Shown: positions 9,910-18,986, counted from the stretch's first letter. The stretch: DNA of 64,000 bases from an uncultured Thermoplasmata archaeon (GCA_963797975.1 CAWCRH010000002.1:112524-176523), one strand, 5' to 3'. The notes: generated by a model from the letters alone, not told the origin. A program made the numbers and translations.

Positions 9910-10853
9910 GCCCGGTCCAAGAATCGCTCGGTGATCGGTCCGTAAGCGTCCACGCGCCGGTCGCGGAGGAACGGCCAGTGCTGGCGGGTCCGCTCGACCT
10001 GGCGGTGATCGATGTCGACCACGAGCAGCTCCTCGCGCTCCTGGGTTGACTCGGCCACGACTCGGCCGAAGGGGTCGACGACGAACGATCCACCCCAGAA
10101 CTCGATGCCCGCCCCGTCCACGCGGTCACCGAGGACATCGCCGTGCTCGAGCCCTACACGGTTCGCGACCGCGACGTAGACGCCGTTGGCGATCGCATGC
10201 CCGCGTTGGATCGTTCGCCACGCGTCGTGTTGGGCCTCCCCGAACTCCTTCTTCTCTCCGGGATGCCAGCCGATCGCCGTAGGGTAGACGAGAAGTTCGG
10301 CTCCCAAGAGGGCGGTGATCCGTGCGGCTTCAGGGTACCACTGGTCCCAGCAGATCAACGGACCGACGCTCAATCCGCCCAGCGAGAACGTGCGGAAGCC
10401 GAGATCCCCCGGAGCAAAGTAGAACTTCTCGAAGTAGAGGGGGTCGTCGGGGATGTGCATTTTGCGGTAGATCCCTGCAAGGCGGCCATCCGCGTCGATC
10501 GCGGCCACCGAGTTGTGGTAGAGTCCCGGAGCCCGCCGTTCGAAGATCGGGGCAATGACGGCGATGTGCCGCGCGCGTGCCTCGTCCGCGAGCCGGTCGA
10601 CGGTGGGGCCCGGAACTGGTTCGGCCAGGTCGAACAAGGCATGGTCCTCTCGTTGGCAGAAGTACTGAAATCGGAAGAGCTCCGGAAGGACCACGAGATG
10701 GGCCTCCCTCCCAGCCGCTTCACGGATCCGGTCGATGGCCTTCTCGAGGTTCATCTCCGGATCGGCGCTCATGGACATCTGGACGATCGCCACGCGGCTT
10801 CGCGCCCGGCTCGCCATCGAACGGTGTTCGTGAGAGGGGGGATTCCGCGGCAA
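9906..10853 (-). CDS. aguB: N-carbamoylputrescine amidase (nitrilase/CN-hydrolase superfamily)
   Basis: CN-hydrolase Glu-Lys-Cys signature regions (VVLPELF; ICWDQWYPEAAR). Operonic with the agmatine deiminase gene. Alternative start at 10817. Confidence 0.82.
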   Translation of the reverse strand: MPRNPPSHEHRSMASRARSRVAIVQMSMSADPEMNLEKAIDRIREAAGREAHLVVLPELFRFQYFCQREDHALFDLAEPVPGPTVDRLADEARARHIAVIAPIFERRAPGLYHNSVAAIDADGRLAGIYRKMHIPDDPLYFEKFYFAPGDLGFRTFSLGGLSVGPLICWDQWYPEAARITALLGAELLVYPTAIGWHPGEKKEFGEAQHDAWRTIQRGHAIANGVYVAVANRVGLEHGDVLGDRVDGAGIEFWGGSFVVDPFGRVVAESTQEREELLVVDIDHRQVERTRQHWPFLRDRRVDAYGPITERFLDRA

Positions 10854-10944
10854 TTTCGCGCCGGTGCTTCCGAGGGTATGTGAGAGTTAATGCCCTTTCG
10901 GTGACGGGCGCGCGGTGCGGCGGTTGGGCCGCCCTGCTCTGCCC

Positions 10945-11532
10945 TCACAGCGCCGGCTGAACCGCGAGAAACGCAAAGTAGGCGGCGAAGCCCACTATCA
11001 GCGCCGCGGAAATATAGCGGATCCATGGCTCGATAGACGGATAGCGCTGCGTACCCGAGCGGATCAGGAGCGGGAAGAACAACACCCACAGGAGGATCGC
11101 GCCAAACAGGCCGATGAAGAGAGGCGCTCCCCCGACGTAGGCGAATCCGACGCCCGCGGTCAGCCACCAAACGATCTGGAACGGGTTACTCAGACCCGTG
11201 GCTACTCCCTGAGAGTAGGCGGTGGGCCCCGGAGGGGCCGTTGGAGTTCCCTGCGGGTTGGTTCGCAGGACTAGGTACGCGAGCACGATCATGACGACGC
11301 TACCCACCGCGTAGACCGGCCGAATGAACTCAGAGAGGTCCACCGTCGACTGGAAAGTGAAGACCAGGACTCCGAGGATTGCGTCCGCGGTTAGGGCGCC
11401 CAGGCCCGTGTAGACGCCGGCGCGCCACCGGACGGAGGAGCGGGCTGCGATGAGCGCGTTCATCGGCCCGGGAGGAACGACCAGAGAGAACCCAAGCAGC
11501 AGGCCAAAGCCGACCAAGCTGAGTTCGGACAT
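10945..11532 (-). CDS. LysE/RhtB-family amino-acid exporter
   Basis: 195 aa with N-terminal GFSLVVPPGPMNALI motif and about 6 hydrophobic segments. Confidence 0.8.
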   Translation of the reverse strand: MSELSLVGFGLLLGFSLVVPPGPMNALIAARSSVRWRAGVYTGLGALTADAILGVLVFTFQSTVDLSEFIRPVYAVGSVVMIVLAYLVLRTNPQGTPTAPPGPTAYSQGVATGLSNPFQIVWWLTAGVGFAYVGGAPLFIGLFGAILLWVLFFPLLIRSGTQRYPSIEPWIRYISAALIVGFAAYFAFLAVQPAL

Positions 11533-12124
11533 CGTTCTTTCCGGAGGTGAGATCGGCGGTCCGCGGAGAGTCGCGCTCGCCTTGACTACATCGGGCGGAA
11601 CGGTTCAAGGTGATAATGGGAGCGAATTCCCTCTTCAGACGAGCATCGATGGGGGAGGAGATCCGGCGACACCCCCCGGCTGCAGGCCGGGGCGGGAGGT
11701 CTCCGCAAGCAATCCCCTCGGCGCATCTCAGAGGACGGAGCCCCAAGGCTACCGGCTCTTCTTCTTCCGGCCCTTGGAAGCTTTCCGCTTCCCCTTGGCT
11801 GCCTTCTTCGGCATGTGCGCACCATGGTCGTTTCGGGTTATTCCCCCGTCGGTTCGTACTCCCGCGTCCGAAAGCGGCGCTCGGTTGCGCGTTCCCGCTC
11901 CATGGGAGATGGGTTTACACCTCCAACACGCGGGTTTCTTCGTTGGACTCAGTGATTTCAGCGAGTGGGCCTCGCTGAGGGATCATCTCTTCCGATGGGG
12001 AATCGAATCAGGCGCGGACGCGAGTCGCTGAGGAGAGAACGCAGTACGGACCCTCCCCGCCAGGATGCCACAGTGCGGAGGGGTTGACGCAACCCCTTTG
12101 ACCCTCCGCTGACTTTCCTCCCGC

Positions 12125-12259
12125 ATGACCGACAAGTGCGAATACTGTGGAGACTCCTTGGCCGATGACTGGGTGGCCTGCCCGAAGTGCGGTAAGCCGA
12201 AGTACGGTGGGAAGCCACTGGTCGAGATCCAGGCTTCCCAGAAGAAGCCTCCTTCGTAG
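12125..12259 (+). CDS. small zinc-ribbon protein (44 aa; not in the supplied track)
   Basis: Hand translation gives MTDKCEYCGDSLADDWVACPKCGKPKYGGKPLVEIQASQKKPPS. Cx2C-x10-Cx2C knuckles with a Lys-rich tail. Sits upstream of the MFS gene on the same strand. Confidence 0.45.
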   Translation: MTDKCEYCGDSLADDWVACPKCGKPKYGGKPLVEIQASQKKPPS

Positions 12260-12454
12260 GTTTCCTCGCCGAGGGTCTCGTACCGATAGGAGGCTCTCGC
12301 CTGGTGGCGTCGCAGTTACCAGAGCGCGACGCATCGTGCGCATCGGTATAACCCCCGTCCGCTCATCCTCCGAGATCCGCAGCGACGTCACGAGGTGACG
12401 GAGCATCTCCGTCGGCCGGCGACTCGCGCGCCGGGCACGGCCAGGAAGGACACG

Positions 12455-13927
12455 ATGGAGTACAAGTGGAAGGCGTTCTCCGTCACGTCGATCGGCGCCT
12501 TCATGGCGGCCGTCGACGGCACGATCGTTCTTCTCGCCCTGCTGCCCATTGCTCAGAACTTGAACTCGAGCTATGTGACGATCATCTGGGTCGTCTTGGC
12601 CTACCTCCTCGCCACGACCGCGTTGGTCCTCAGCTTCGGGCGGATCTCCGACATCTACGGCCGTAAGCGAATGTACAATGTCGGGTTCGTGGTCTTCACC
12701 ATCGGGTCGGCGCTCTGCGGCATCGCTACCACGGGAGTCATGCTCGTGGGCTTCCGGGCGGTTCAAGGGGTCGGAGCCGCGCTGCTCACCGCGAACTCCT
12801 TCGCGATCCTCTCCGAGGCGTTTCCCCCGGGGGAACGCGGCCGGGCGTTCGGGTCCACGGCGGTCATCTGGGGAGTCGGCTCGGTCCTCGGCATCCTCCT
12901 TGGAGCGACGATCATCGCGTTCACCAGCTGGCGCATCATTTTCCTGATCAACATCCCGATCGGGATCTTCGGAACGCTCTGGGCCTATCGTACTCTGAAG
13001 GAATCCGGCCGAACGGTCTCCGAGGGTGAATCGTTCGACCTACCCGCCGCGATCCTGTTCACCGCCGCCCTCACGTCGCTTCTGGTGGGCATCACATGGG
13101 GCCTCCTCTACACCTGGAACAACCCGGGCACCGTCCTCGGACTCGCGCTCGCTCCGCCGTTGTTCGTGGCCTTCCTCCTCTGGGAACTCTACTATAGCCG
13201 CCAGCCGATCATCGATTTTGCTTTCTTCCGAGATCGAACGTTCACGCTCGCGATATGTGCGGCGATGCTCCAGTCGATCGCGATCTTCAGCGTGAACTTC
13301 CTCGTGGTCTTTTACCTCGAGGGGATCTACGGTCTCTCCATCCTAACTGCCTCTTACCTCATCGTCCCGTATGCGGCCGCGATCGCGAGCGTCGGACCGT
13401 TCGGGGGTATGCTCTCCGACCGGTTCGGGGCCAAGAGGATCGCGACGATCGGGCTCGTGCTCCAGATATGTGCGATGCTCGCGTTAAGTCAGCTTACCAC
13501 GACCACGTCCCTTTGGACGCTTGGGCTCGTGGAAGCCGTCTTCGGCGTGGGAGGCGGCCTGTTCTTCCCCGCGAACACGAGCACGATCATGTCGAGCTCG
13601 CCGCGCGGTCGCTACGGGATCGGTTCGGGCATCATGAACACCTTCCGCAACACGGGAATGGTGCTCAGCTTCGCGGTCAGCCTCATCGCCATCACCTCGA
13701 CGCTGTCGAGCGGGCTTGTCTATCAGCTCTTCATCGGTACCCTGTCGGGCGCTCTCCCGGCCAGCGCCGCCACGGAGTATCTCGCCGGGCAGAGCCTGGC
13801 GTTCCTCATCTCCGCCACTCTCCTCTCGGTTGCCCTGTTGCTCGTGCTGGGTACCCGCTCGCGAGGGCCTCCGCATCCGGCGCCGGCCGTGGAAGGGCGG
13901 CTACCGGTCAGCGGAGAACCAAGCTAG
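12455..13927 (+). CDS. MFS transporter, DHA2 (EmrB/QacA-like, 14-TMS type)
   Basis: MEYKWKAFSVTSIGAFMAAVDGTIV start and motif FGRISDIYGRKR. About 490 aa. Paralog of the gene at 61393..62841. Confidence 0.85.
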   Translation: MEYKWKAFSVTSIGAFMAAVDGTIVLLALLPIAQNLNSSYVTIIWVVLAYLLATTALVLSFGRISDIYGRKRMYNVGFVVFTIGSALCGIATTGVMLVGFRAVQGVGAALLTANSFAILSEAFPPGERGRAFGSTAVIWGVGSVLGILLGATIIAFTSWRIIFLINIPIGIFGTLWAYRTLKESGRTVSEGESFDLPAAILFTAALTSLLVGITWGLLYTWNNPGTVLGLALAPPLFVAFLLWELYYSRQPIIDFAFFRDRTFTLAICAAMLQSIAIFSVNFLVVFYLEGIYGLSILTASYLIVPYAAAIASVGPFGGMLSDRFGAKRIATIGLVLQICAMLALSQLTTTTSLWTLGLVEAVFGVGGGLFFPANTSTIMSSSPRGRYGIGSGIMNTFRNTGMVLSFAVSLIAITSTLSSGLVYQLFIGTLSGALPASAATEYLAGQSLAFLISATLLSVALLLVLGTRSRGPPHPAPAVEGRLPVSGEPS

Positions 13928-16095
13928 CGATTCGCCGTCCCCGGGTTCGTCCGAGGTCCCAGGGTCGGACCTGACGCCGGTGCGGACGAGGTCATCGCTC
14001 CCGTAGCGACGCGTGGCCCGGGAGCCGGACGGGAGAGCGAAACGTGCACCATCGGTAGCTTGGACGGGGGACGTCCGGAGAGGTCACGACCGAAGACCCG
14101 GGCGATGGCGTGGCGCACATCGTAAATGTACATGTTCCCGTACGGGCATGCCTCGACGCAATCGCCGACCCCACAGCACTTCGTGCTGCGGAACTCTCCC
14201 TTCGTTCGGAAGTGGCCGGGCATGTCGACCAGACCGACGGGGCACGATTTCGCACAATCGAGCGTGGTGCAATCCCTGCAAATCGAGCGGTCCTTGACTT
14301 TCAGTTTGAAGAAGCCGATCTTCTGAAACGCTTGGGCGATCGCTCCAGTGTAGCACCATCCCATCGTGACACAGTTGTAGTTCCCCGAGTAGGGGATGGT
14401 AACGAACATCACGTACCAGAGCACCGCGAAGTAGAGCGTGAACAGAAAGACGGTCGGGTCGAGGCCGACCACGGTCACGTTCGTCACGTTGAGCCCATCC
14501 AGGACGGAGTACACGGACGCGACCACGAGGGAGCCCATGACGACCATGATCGTGGTCGAGTAGGTCCACGAGAATCGGCTGCTCAGATACTTCCGAGCGA
14601 GCGGGCTCGACCGGTTGAACGACTTCATTGAGTCGACGGTCGTCCCTTGGTACATCAGAGCGGCCGAGCAGAACGTCGAGCAGATGGCTCGCCGCCCGAA
14701 CAGGGCGGAGGCGGATCCCATGGCGGCGTAGGTCACCAGGATGACGATGAAGACCGCCGGAGCGATCGTGGTGGAACCGATCCCCATGCTCCACCCGAGC
14801 ACCGGAACCTGCGTTCCGGCGGGGGCGTTCGGGAAGAGCCAGGAGTAGTAGATGCTCGGAAAGAAGACCACGAACGCGCCGTAGCATCCCATGAGCAGCC
14901 CCAACCGGACACGGGTCTCGACCGACCGCGTCTCTCGGAACTTGAAGGCGACCAGAGCCCCCATCTCCAGTCCCATCATCACGAGGAACCAAGTGGAGGC
15001 GGTGACCAGCGCGAGGAAGAAGAAGCCGTTGTAGAGAGCGTTCGAGAGGACCGTTAGCGGGTCGCCCGTGAGGCCGAGCGCCGGAATCGCCGAGAGAAAG
15101 GAGGACCCGAAGACCTGGGCGTCCAGGAGCGCCCCCATGAAGATCTCGGCGACGAAGACGCTCGCGAGGAGCGCGAACGCCCAGTTGGCCTTCAGCTGCC
15201 AGACGAACGGATCTCCTCCCTCAAAGCGCTCCCAGCGTAGGACCGCATCGAAGTAGAGAACCATCTCCAAGACCAACGAGAGGGCGAAAAGCGTGGAGTC
15301 CCCGTAGGCGACCCAGAAGAAGAGCCCGGCCATCATGAGCCCGTAGACCGCGACGAGCCGGACGATGTAGCGGGCCAGCGCTGGGTTCAGGTTGCGGTGG
15401 CGATAAATGTACTCGAAGAGGAACACAAAGAGCACGATCATCGTGGCGGAACCCACGTAGACCGCGGTCGCCGACCAGCCCGCCGACGCGAGCGCGGTCG
15501 GGGTCAAGACCATGATCGGCACCTGGAGGGCAAAGATGACCGACAGCGGGCGCGGGAGCTCATGCCGCAGGAGAACGACGGTCAATCCCATCTCCGCGGC
15601 CATCGTGAAGACAAACCACGGCGATTGAACGACGTTCGCGAGAAGACTCGCAAAGCCGTAGCTGCCTTGCGCCATCGCCGAGAGCGATGTTCCGCTGGCC
15701 AGGCTGAAGACCAGCCCCATGAGAAGCTCGCTGACGAGGACGAGCGCGACGACCGCTAGTGCGAAGGGCAGCGTCGGGCGGAAGGGACGGGGAGTAAAGT
15801 CTTCCGGGCTGGTAGCGAGTCGCTCGTTCGCCTCTCGGAGGACCTGGACGAACACCGGCACCACGCTCAGGGACATCAACGCGCTCGCGATCCACAACCC
15901 GCCGACGAGCGAGGTCGGGCCCGGGTTCAGGTAGTAGTAGAGGGCCCCCGCCAGCATGCCCCCCATCATGCCGAGCAGGAACAGGGACGCCGCAGCGCGT
16001 ACTCCCGTGCGCGCGTTGGCCGCCCAGCGCACGAGCACCGCCGTGGCGAGCGCCATCGCGGCCGCCAGCGGGATCAAGTAGAGCTCGTAACTCAC
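13924..16095 (-). CDS. polytopic membrane protein fused to a NapH/CcoG-like membrane polyferredoxin module
   Basis: 723 aa. The N-terminal ~460 aa is hydrophobic with an internal repeat. The C-terminal part has membrane Cys pairs (RRAICSTFCS, NYNCVTMGWCY) and two ferredoxin-like clusters (CRDCTTLDCAKSCP, CCGVGDCVEACP). Confidence 0.8.
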   Translation of the reverse strand: MSYELYLIPLAAAMALATAVLVRWAANARTGVRAAASLFLLGMMGGMLAGALYYYLNPGPTSLVGGLWIASALMSLSVVPVFVQVLREANERLATSPEDFTPRPFRPTLPFALAVVALVLVSELLMGLVFSLASGTSLSAMAQGSYGFASLLANVVQSPWFVFTMAAEMGLTVVLLRHELPRPLSVIFALQVPIMVLTPTALASAGWSATAVYVGSATMIVLFVFLFEYIYRHRNLNPALARYIVRLVAVYGLMMAGLFFWVAYGDSTLFALSLVLEMVLYFDAVLRWERFEGGDPFVWQLKANWAFALLASVFVAEIFMGALLDAQVFGSSFLSAIPALGLTGDPLTVLSNALYNGFFFLALVTASTWFLVMMGLEMGALVAFKFRETRSVETRVRLGLLMGCYGAFVVFFPSIYYSWLFPNAPAGTQVPVLGWSMGIGSTTIAPAVFIVILVTYAAMGSASALFGRRAICSTFCSAALMYQGTTVDSMKSFNRSSPLARKYLSSRFSWTYSTTIMVVMGSLVVASVYSVLDGLNVTNVTVVGLDPTVFLFTLYFAVLWYVMFVTIPYSGNYNCVTMGWCYTGAIAQAFQKIGFFKLKVKDRSICRDCTTLDCAKSCPVGLVDMPGHFRTKGEFRSTKCCGVGDCVEACPYGNMYIYDVRHAIARVFGRDLSGRPPSKLPMVHVSLSRPAPGPRVATGAMTSSAPASGPTLGPRTNPGTANR

Positions 16096-17484
16096 GGTCC
16101 CTCCGTTTCGACCACGCGGATGCGGGAGTCGGAGGGTCGCGCTCCTGGAACGGCCACGGCTCGTGCCGGGGCGTTCCTGGGTCCATGAGAGCCACCCAGC
16201 TCCGGCGCAATGGGAGGCCGGTCGAGCCCCTCCCGGTCAGGAGCCGTCCGTCCCCCAGTCCCATTCTCGGCCCAGAGGCGGCGGCCTGCGCTGACGGCCG
16301 AGGCGGTCGGGTCGATCCGGTTTAGGGTGACCTTTGGCCAGAGCGCGAGAGCCAACACGAACACCCCGAGCATGGCAAAGCCAAGCGCGAATCGAAGAAC
16401 GAGTGCGACCGGGCCGGAGAAGGGGGGGGCCACCGCTCCCCAGGATGCTGGTGCCCCGGCCACCCCGAGGATTTCGTTGACGAGTCCCGCGGTCTGGGGG
16501 CTCGCCCACAGGGGCGGTACCCACGTCAGGAGGAGTAGGCTAGTGAACAGGAGGCCCCCCCGCAACGCCTTCGTCGACCGGCGAGGAGCCTGCGGTGCTA
16601 GCACATCCAAAAGTGCGCTTGGGAACAACGCGATTGCGATGACGAGCCCGGCGACCGCCTGATGCTCGAAAAGGAACCCAAACCACGCCGCGGGCGTCGT
16701 GAAGGCCCCCGGAAGCGGAAAAGAGAGCGGCGAATGCCTCGAGCGACCACAGCGCGGCCGCCGCGATGAGCACGCCGCGGGCCACGGCCGCAACAAGGTC
16801 CTGGCCACGGAGCGGGGGCGAGTCCGAGGTACCCGATGGCCCATGGTAGGGGACGCCCGAGAGCCCCAGCATGGGTCCGTAGGCGACTAAGATCGCCTCC
16901 TGAGCGAGAAGAGCGACGAAGACCACCAGCATCTGGAACACTCCCAGGTACCAGTTGTTCGCGAGCAGGGTGTCGACACTCGTCCCGGTCGTCTGGGCGA
17001 CCACCCCGAGGCCGGCTGCGCTTGCGGCGGTGGTCGTGCAGCACGCTCCCATGGTCACGAGGGCGAGCAGCGCTGGCGTGAGTCCGGCGATCGACCCCGC
17101 GGCGAGGGGGCGGCCGGCGGCGCGTCGAAGAGCGATCAGCCGGGCGGCGATGACCGCGGCCACCGACATGCCGATGCCGACCCCGATGGAGACGACGATC
17201 ATCGAGACCGTGGGGAAGAACGGGAGCGCGAGGCTTCCCCCCGGGAAGACCACGAGCAGGGCCGGGTAGTTCCACCATGGGTTTCCGGCCGTGATGAACC
17301 AGACCGTGAGGGAACTGGCCCCCGTCCGCGCAAAGACCAACATCCCGCCGAGAAGCATGGAGGCGAAGGCATAGGTGCCCGCGATCAGGAAGAAGAGGGC
17401 GATGACCCACGGGCGTCGGAACGCGGAGCGCGTAGCGCGCGCCGACAGCACAGCGCCGGCCGTCGTTCCGGCGGGAGGACCCAT
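16092..17484 (-). pseudogene. polytopic membrane protein, reading frame broken near 16706-16710 (frameshift or assembly indel)
   Basis: ORF 16540..17484 is protein-like only down to about 16715. ORF 16092..16844 is protein-like only below about 16715. Each turns Arg-rich beyond that junction. A C5 run sits at the junction. Contains the motif MGACCTTTAASAAGLG. Confidence 0.65.
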
Positions 17485-17510
17485 TGGGTGCTGACGACCG
17501 GGTCTTCCGC

Positions 17511-17515
17511 TATAT
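17511..17515 (-). promoter_or_regulatory. TATA-like box (GCATATAGC on minus strand)
   Basis: Isolated TATAT 27-31 nt upstream of ATG 17484. Confidence 0.4.
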
Positions 17516-17587
17516 GCTAGGCGTCCTTACCTCTTCAGCCGGTAGTAGCTTGGGGCGACCTTGCCGGGCGGCCGCACGGTAGCGCCC

Positions 17588-18577
17588 TCATCCGTTGGGT
17601 TCCACCCCAGGTGTCGGGACCTCAGGTCGGTCCGTCGTCAATGCCGCGCGGCCAGCCGATCCGAGCGGGGCGGAGACCGGGCTCCCGGGGCCGTCGACCG
17701 ATCCCGCCCGTCGAAGCAGCATCCGGAGCAAGAAGACGAGTTCGGCGGTCATGATGGCGACATTCGCAACCGCGAACGGGGGCAACCCCCAAGAGGGAGG
17801 CAGAAGGAGGTAGGAAAGTGCCCACGCGGACGACATCACGAAGAAGGCGAGGACGACAGCCATTCGGAGGCGGATGGACGAGTGGGCGAGGTGAGGCGAT
17901 TGGAGGCCGCGCCAAAGGATGGCGATGGCCAGCGTCATCACGACAGCCATCGCGCACGCTCCGACCAAGGGAACTTCGAACGCCCAGGGCGCGACAAAGG
18001 CGCTCAGCGTGAGCGTGTAGAGGGCTCGTCGGTCGCTAGGCCCGAGTGCGGACCAGCGCACCAGAACGAGCATGGAGACCCCCATCGGCCAGTAGTACCA
18101 CGCCGTGCTCGAAGCGACCAGCAAGGCCTGGCCCGCCGATGCAAGCGTGGACAGGTCGGTCGGCAGCGAACCGGTGACCAAGGCAGCGAACGCCCAGCTC
18201 ATCAACAACTCATTGACGAGAAGCAGTAGGGCGAGGCCCACGGGCCAGGCAGCATTGTTCGCTCGGACGGGGCGTTCGCCCTCTTCGAAGACGAGCGAAA
18301 CAAACCAGAGCCCCACCGGGACCATCATGAACTGGACCGCGAGAGAGAAGATCACAAACCCGTCCACGGTCGGGACCTCGAGGTAGTAGGCGACCCCTCC
18401 CCAGAAGACGGCCTGGGAGACGAGGACGGCGGTTCCGAGGACGAATGTGGAGAAGGCTGGGACGCTGTGCCCGGCGAGGAGGCGGTAGATGATGTACAGG
18501 TTGAGGGCGATCATTCCGACCGCCACGGCGGCAAAGGGGACCGTGGCGCTCGTGATCTCAGCGAGTCCCGCGAACAC
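17588..18577 (-). CDS. polytopic membrane protein, paralog of the N-terminal module of the 723-aa protein
   Basis: 329 aa with GTG start. Shares LVNELLMSW..TGSLPTDLSTLASAG..AWYYWPMGVSMLVLVRW with the corresponding segment of the 13924..16095 product. Confidence 0.7.
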   Translation of the reverse strand: MFAGLAEITSATVPFAAVAVGMIALNLYIIYRLLAGHSVPAFSTFVLGTAVLVSQAVFWGGVAYYLEVPTVDGFVIFSLAVQFMMVPVGLWFVSLVFEEGERPVRANNAAWPVGLALLLLVNELLMSWAFAALVTGSLPTDLSTLASAGQALLVASSTAWYYWPMGVSMLVLVRWSALGPSDRRALYTLTLSAFVAPWAFEVPLVGACAMAVVMTLAIAILWRGLQSPHLAHSSIRLRMAVVLAFFVMSSAWALSYLLLPPSWGLPPFAVANVAIMTAELVFLLRMLLRRAGSVDGPGSPVSAPLGSAGRAALTTDRPEVPTPGVEPNG

Positions 18578-18738
18578 GGGAGCACCTCCCCGTGGCAGGG
18601 TTCCTCACTGCATGCAGGGTCCAGCGTCCGAGCAGGGGAGCCTCCTCCACGGAAAGAGGCGAGGCGTGTCGCGCTATATCGCCCCGAGGTAAGTACGCCC
18701 CCGGGTCGTGGGGAGCACCCGCGGAAAGAGCCGCGCCG

Positions 18739-18909
18739 TCATCCACCGGAAGCCGGGGCCGCTCCGGCTCCTAACGACGCGACGGCCCGAATGAGCGACA
18801 GAGCCTCGTCGCGATCGTCGCAGACGAACACGGAGCCGAGCTCGACACGCACTTGGTTACGCCCGTATTTTCTGAGCTCCCCGCGGACCGACTCGAGTTT
18901 GATGGACAT
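18739..18909 (-). CDS. possible small protein (56 aa; not in the supplied track)
   Basis: Hand translation gives MSIKLESVRGELRKYGRNQVRVELGSVFVCDDRDEALSLIRAVASLGAGAAPASGG. The composition is protein-like, unlike the surrounding Arg-rich shadow frames. No family recognised. Confidence 0.3.
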   Translation of the reverse strand: MSIKLESVRGELRKYGRNQVRVELGSVFVCDDRDEALSLIRAVASLGAGAAPASGG

Positions 18910-18986
18910 CGAGGGGACTCAAGCCGGTAGAGGGATAGGAGGTTTAGGGTCCCATCCCGGGTAGGGCACGTGGCCGAGCGTCTCTC

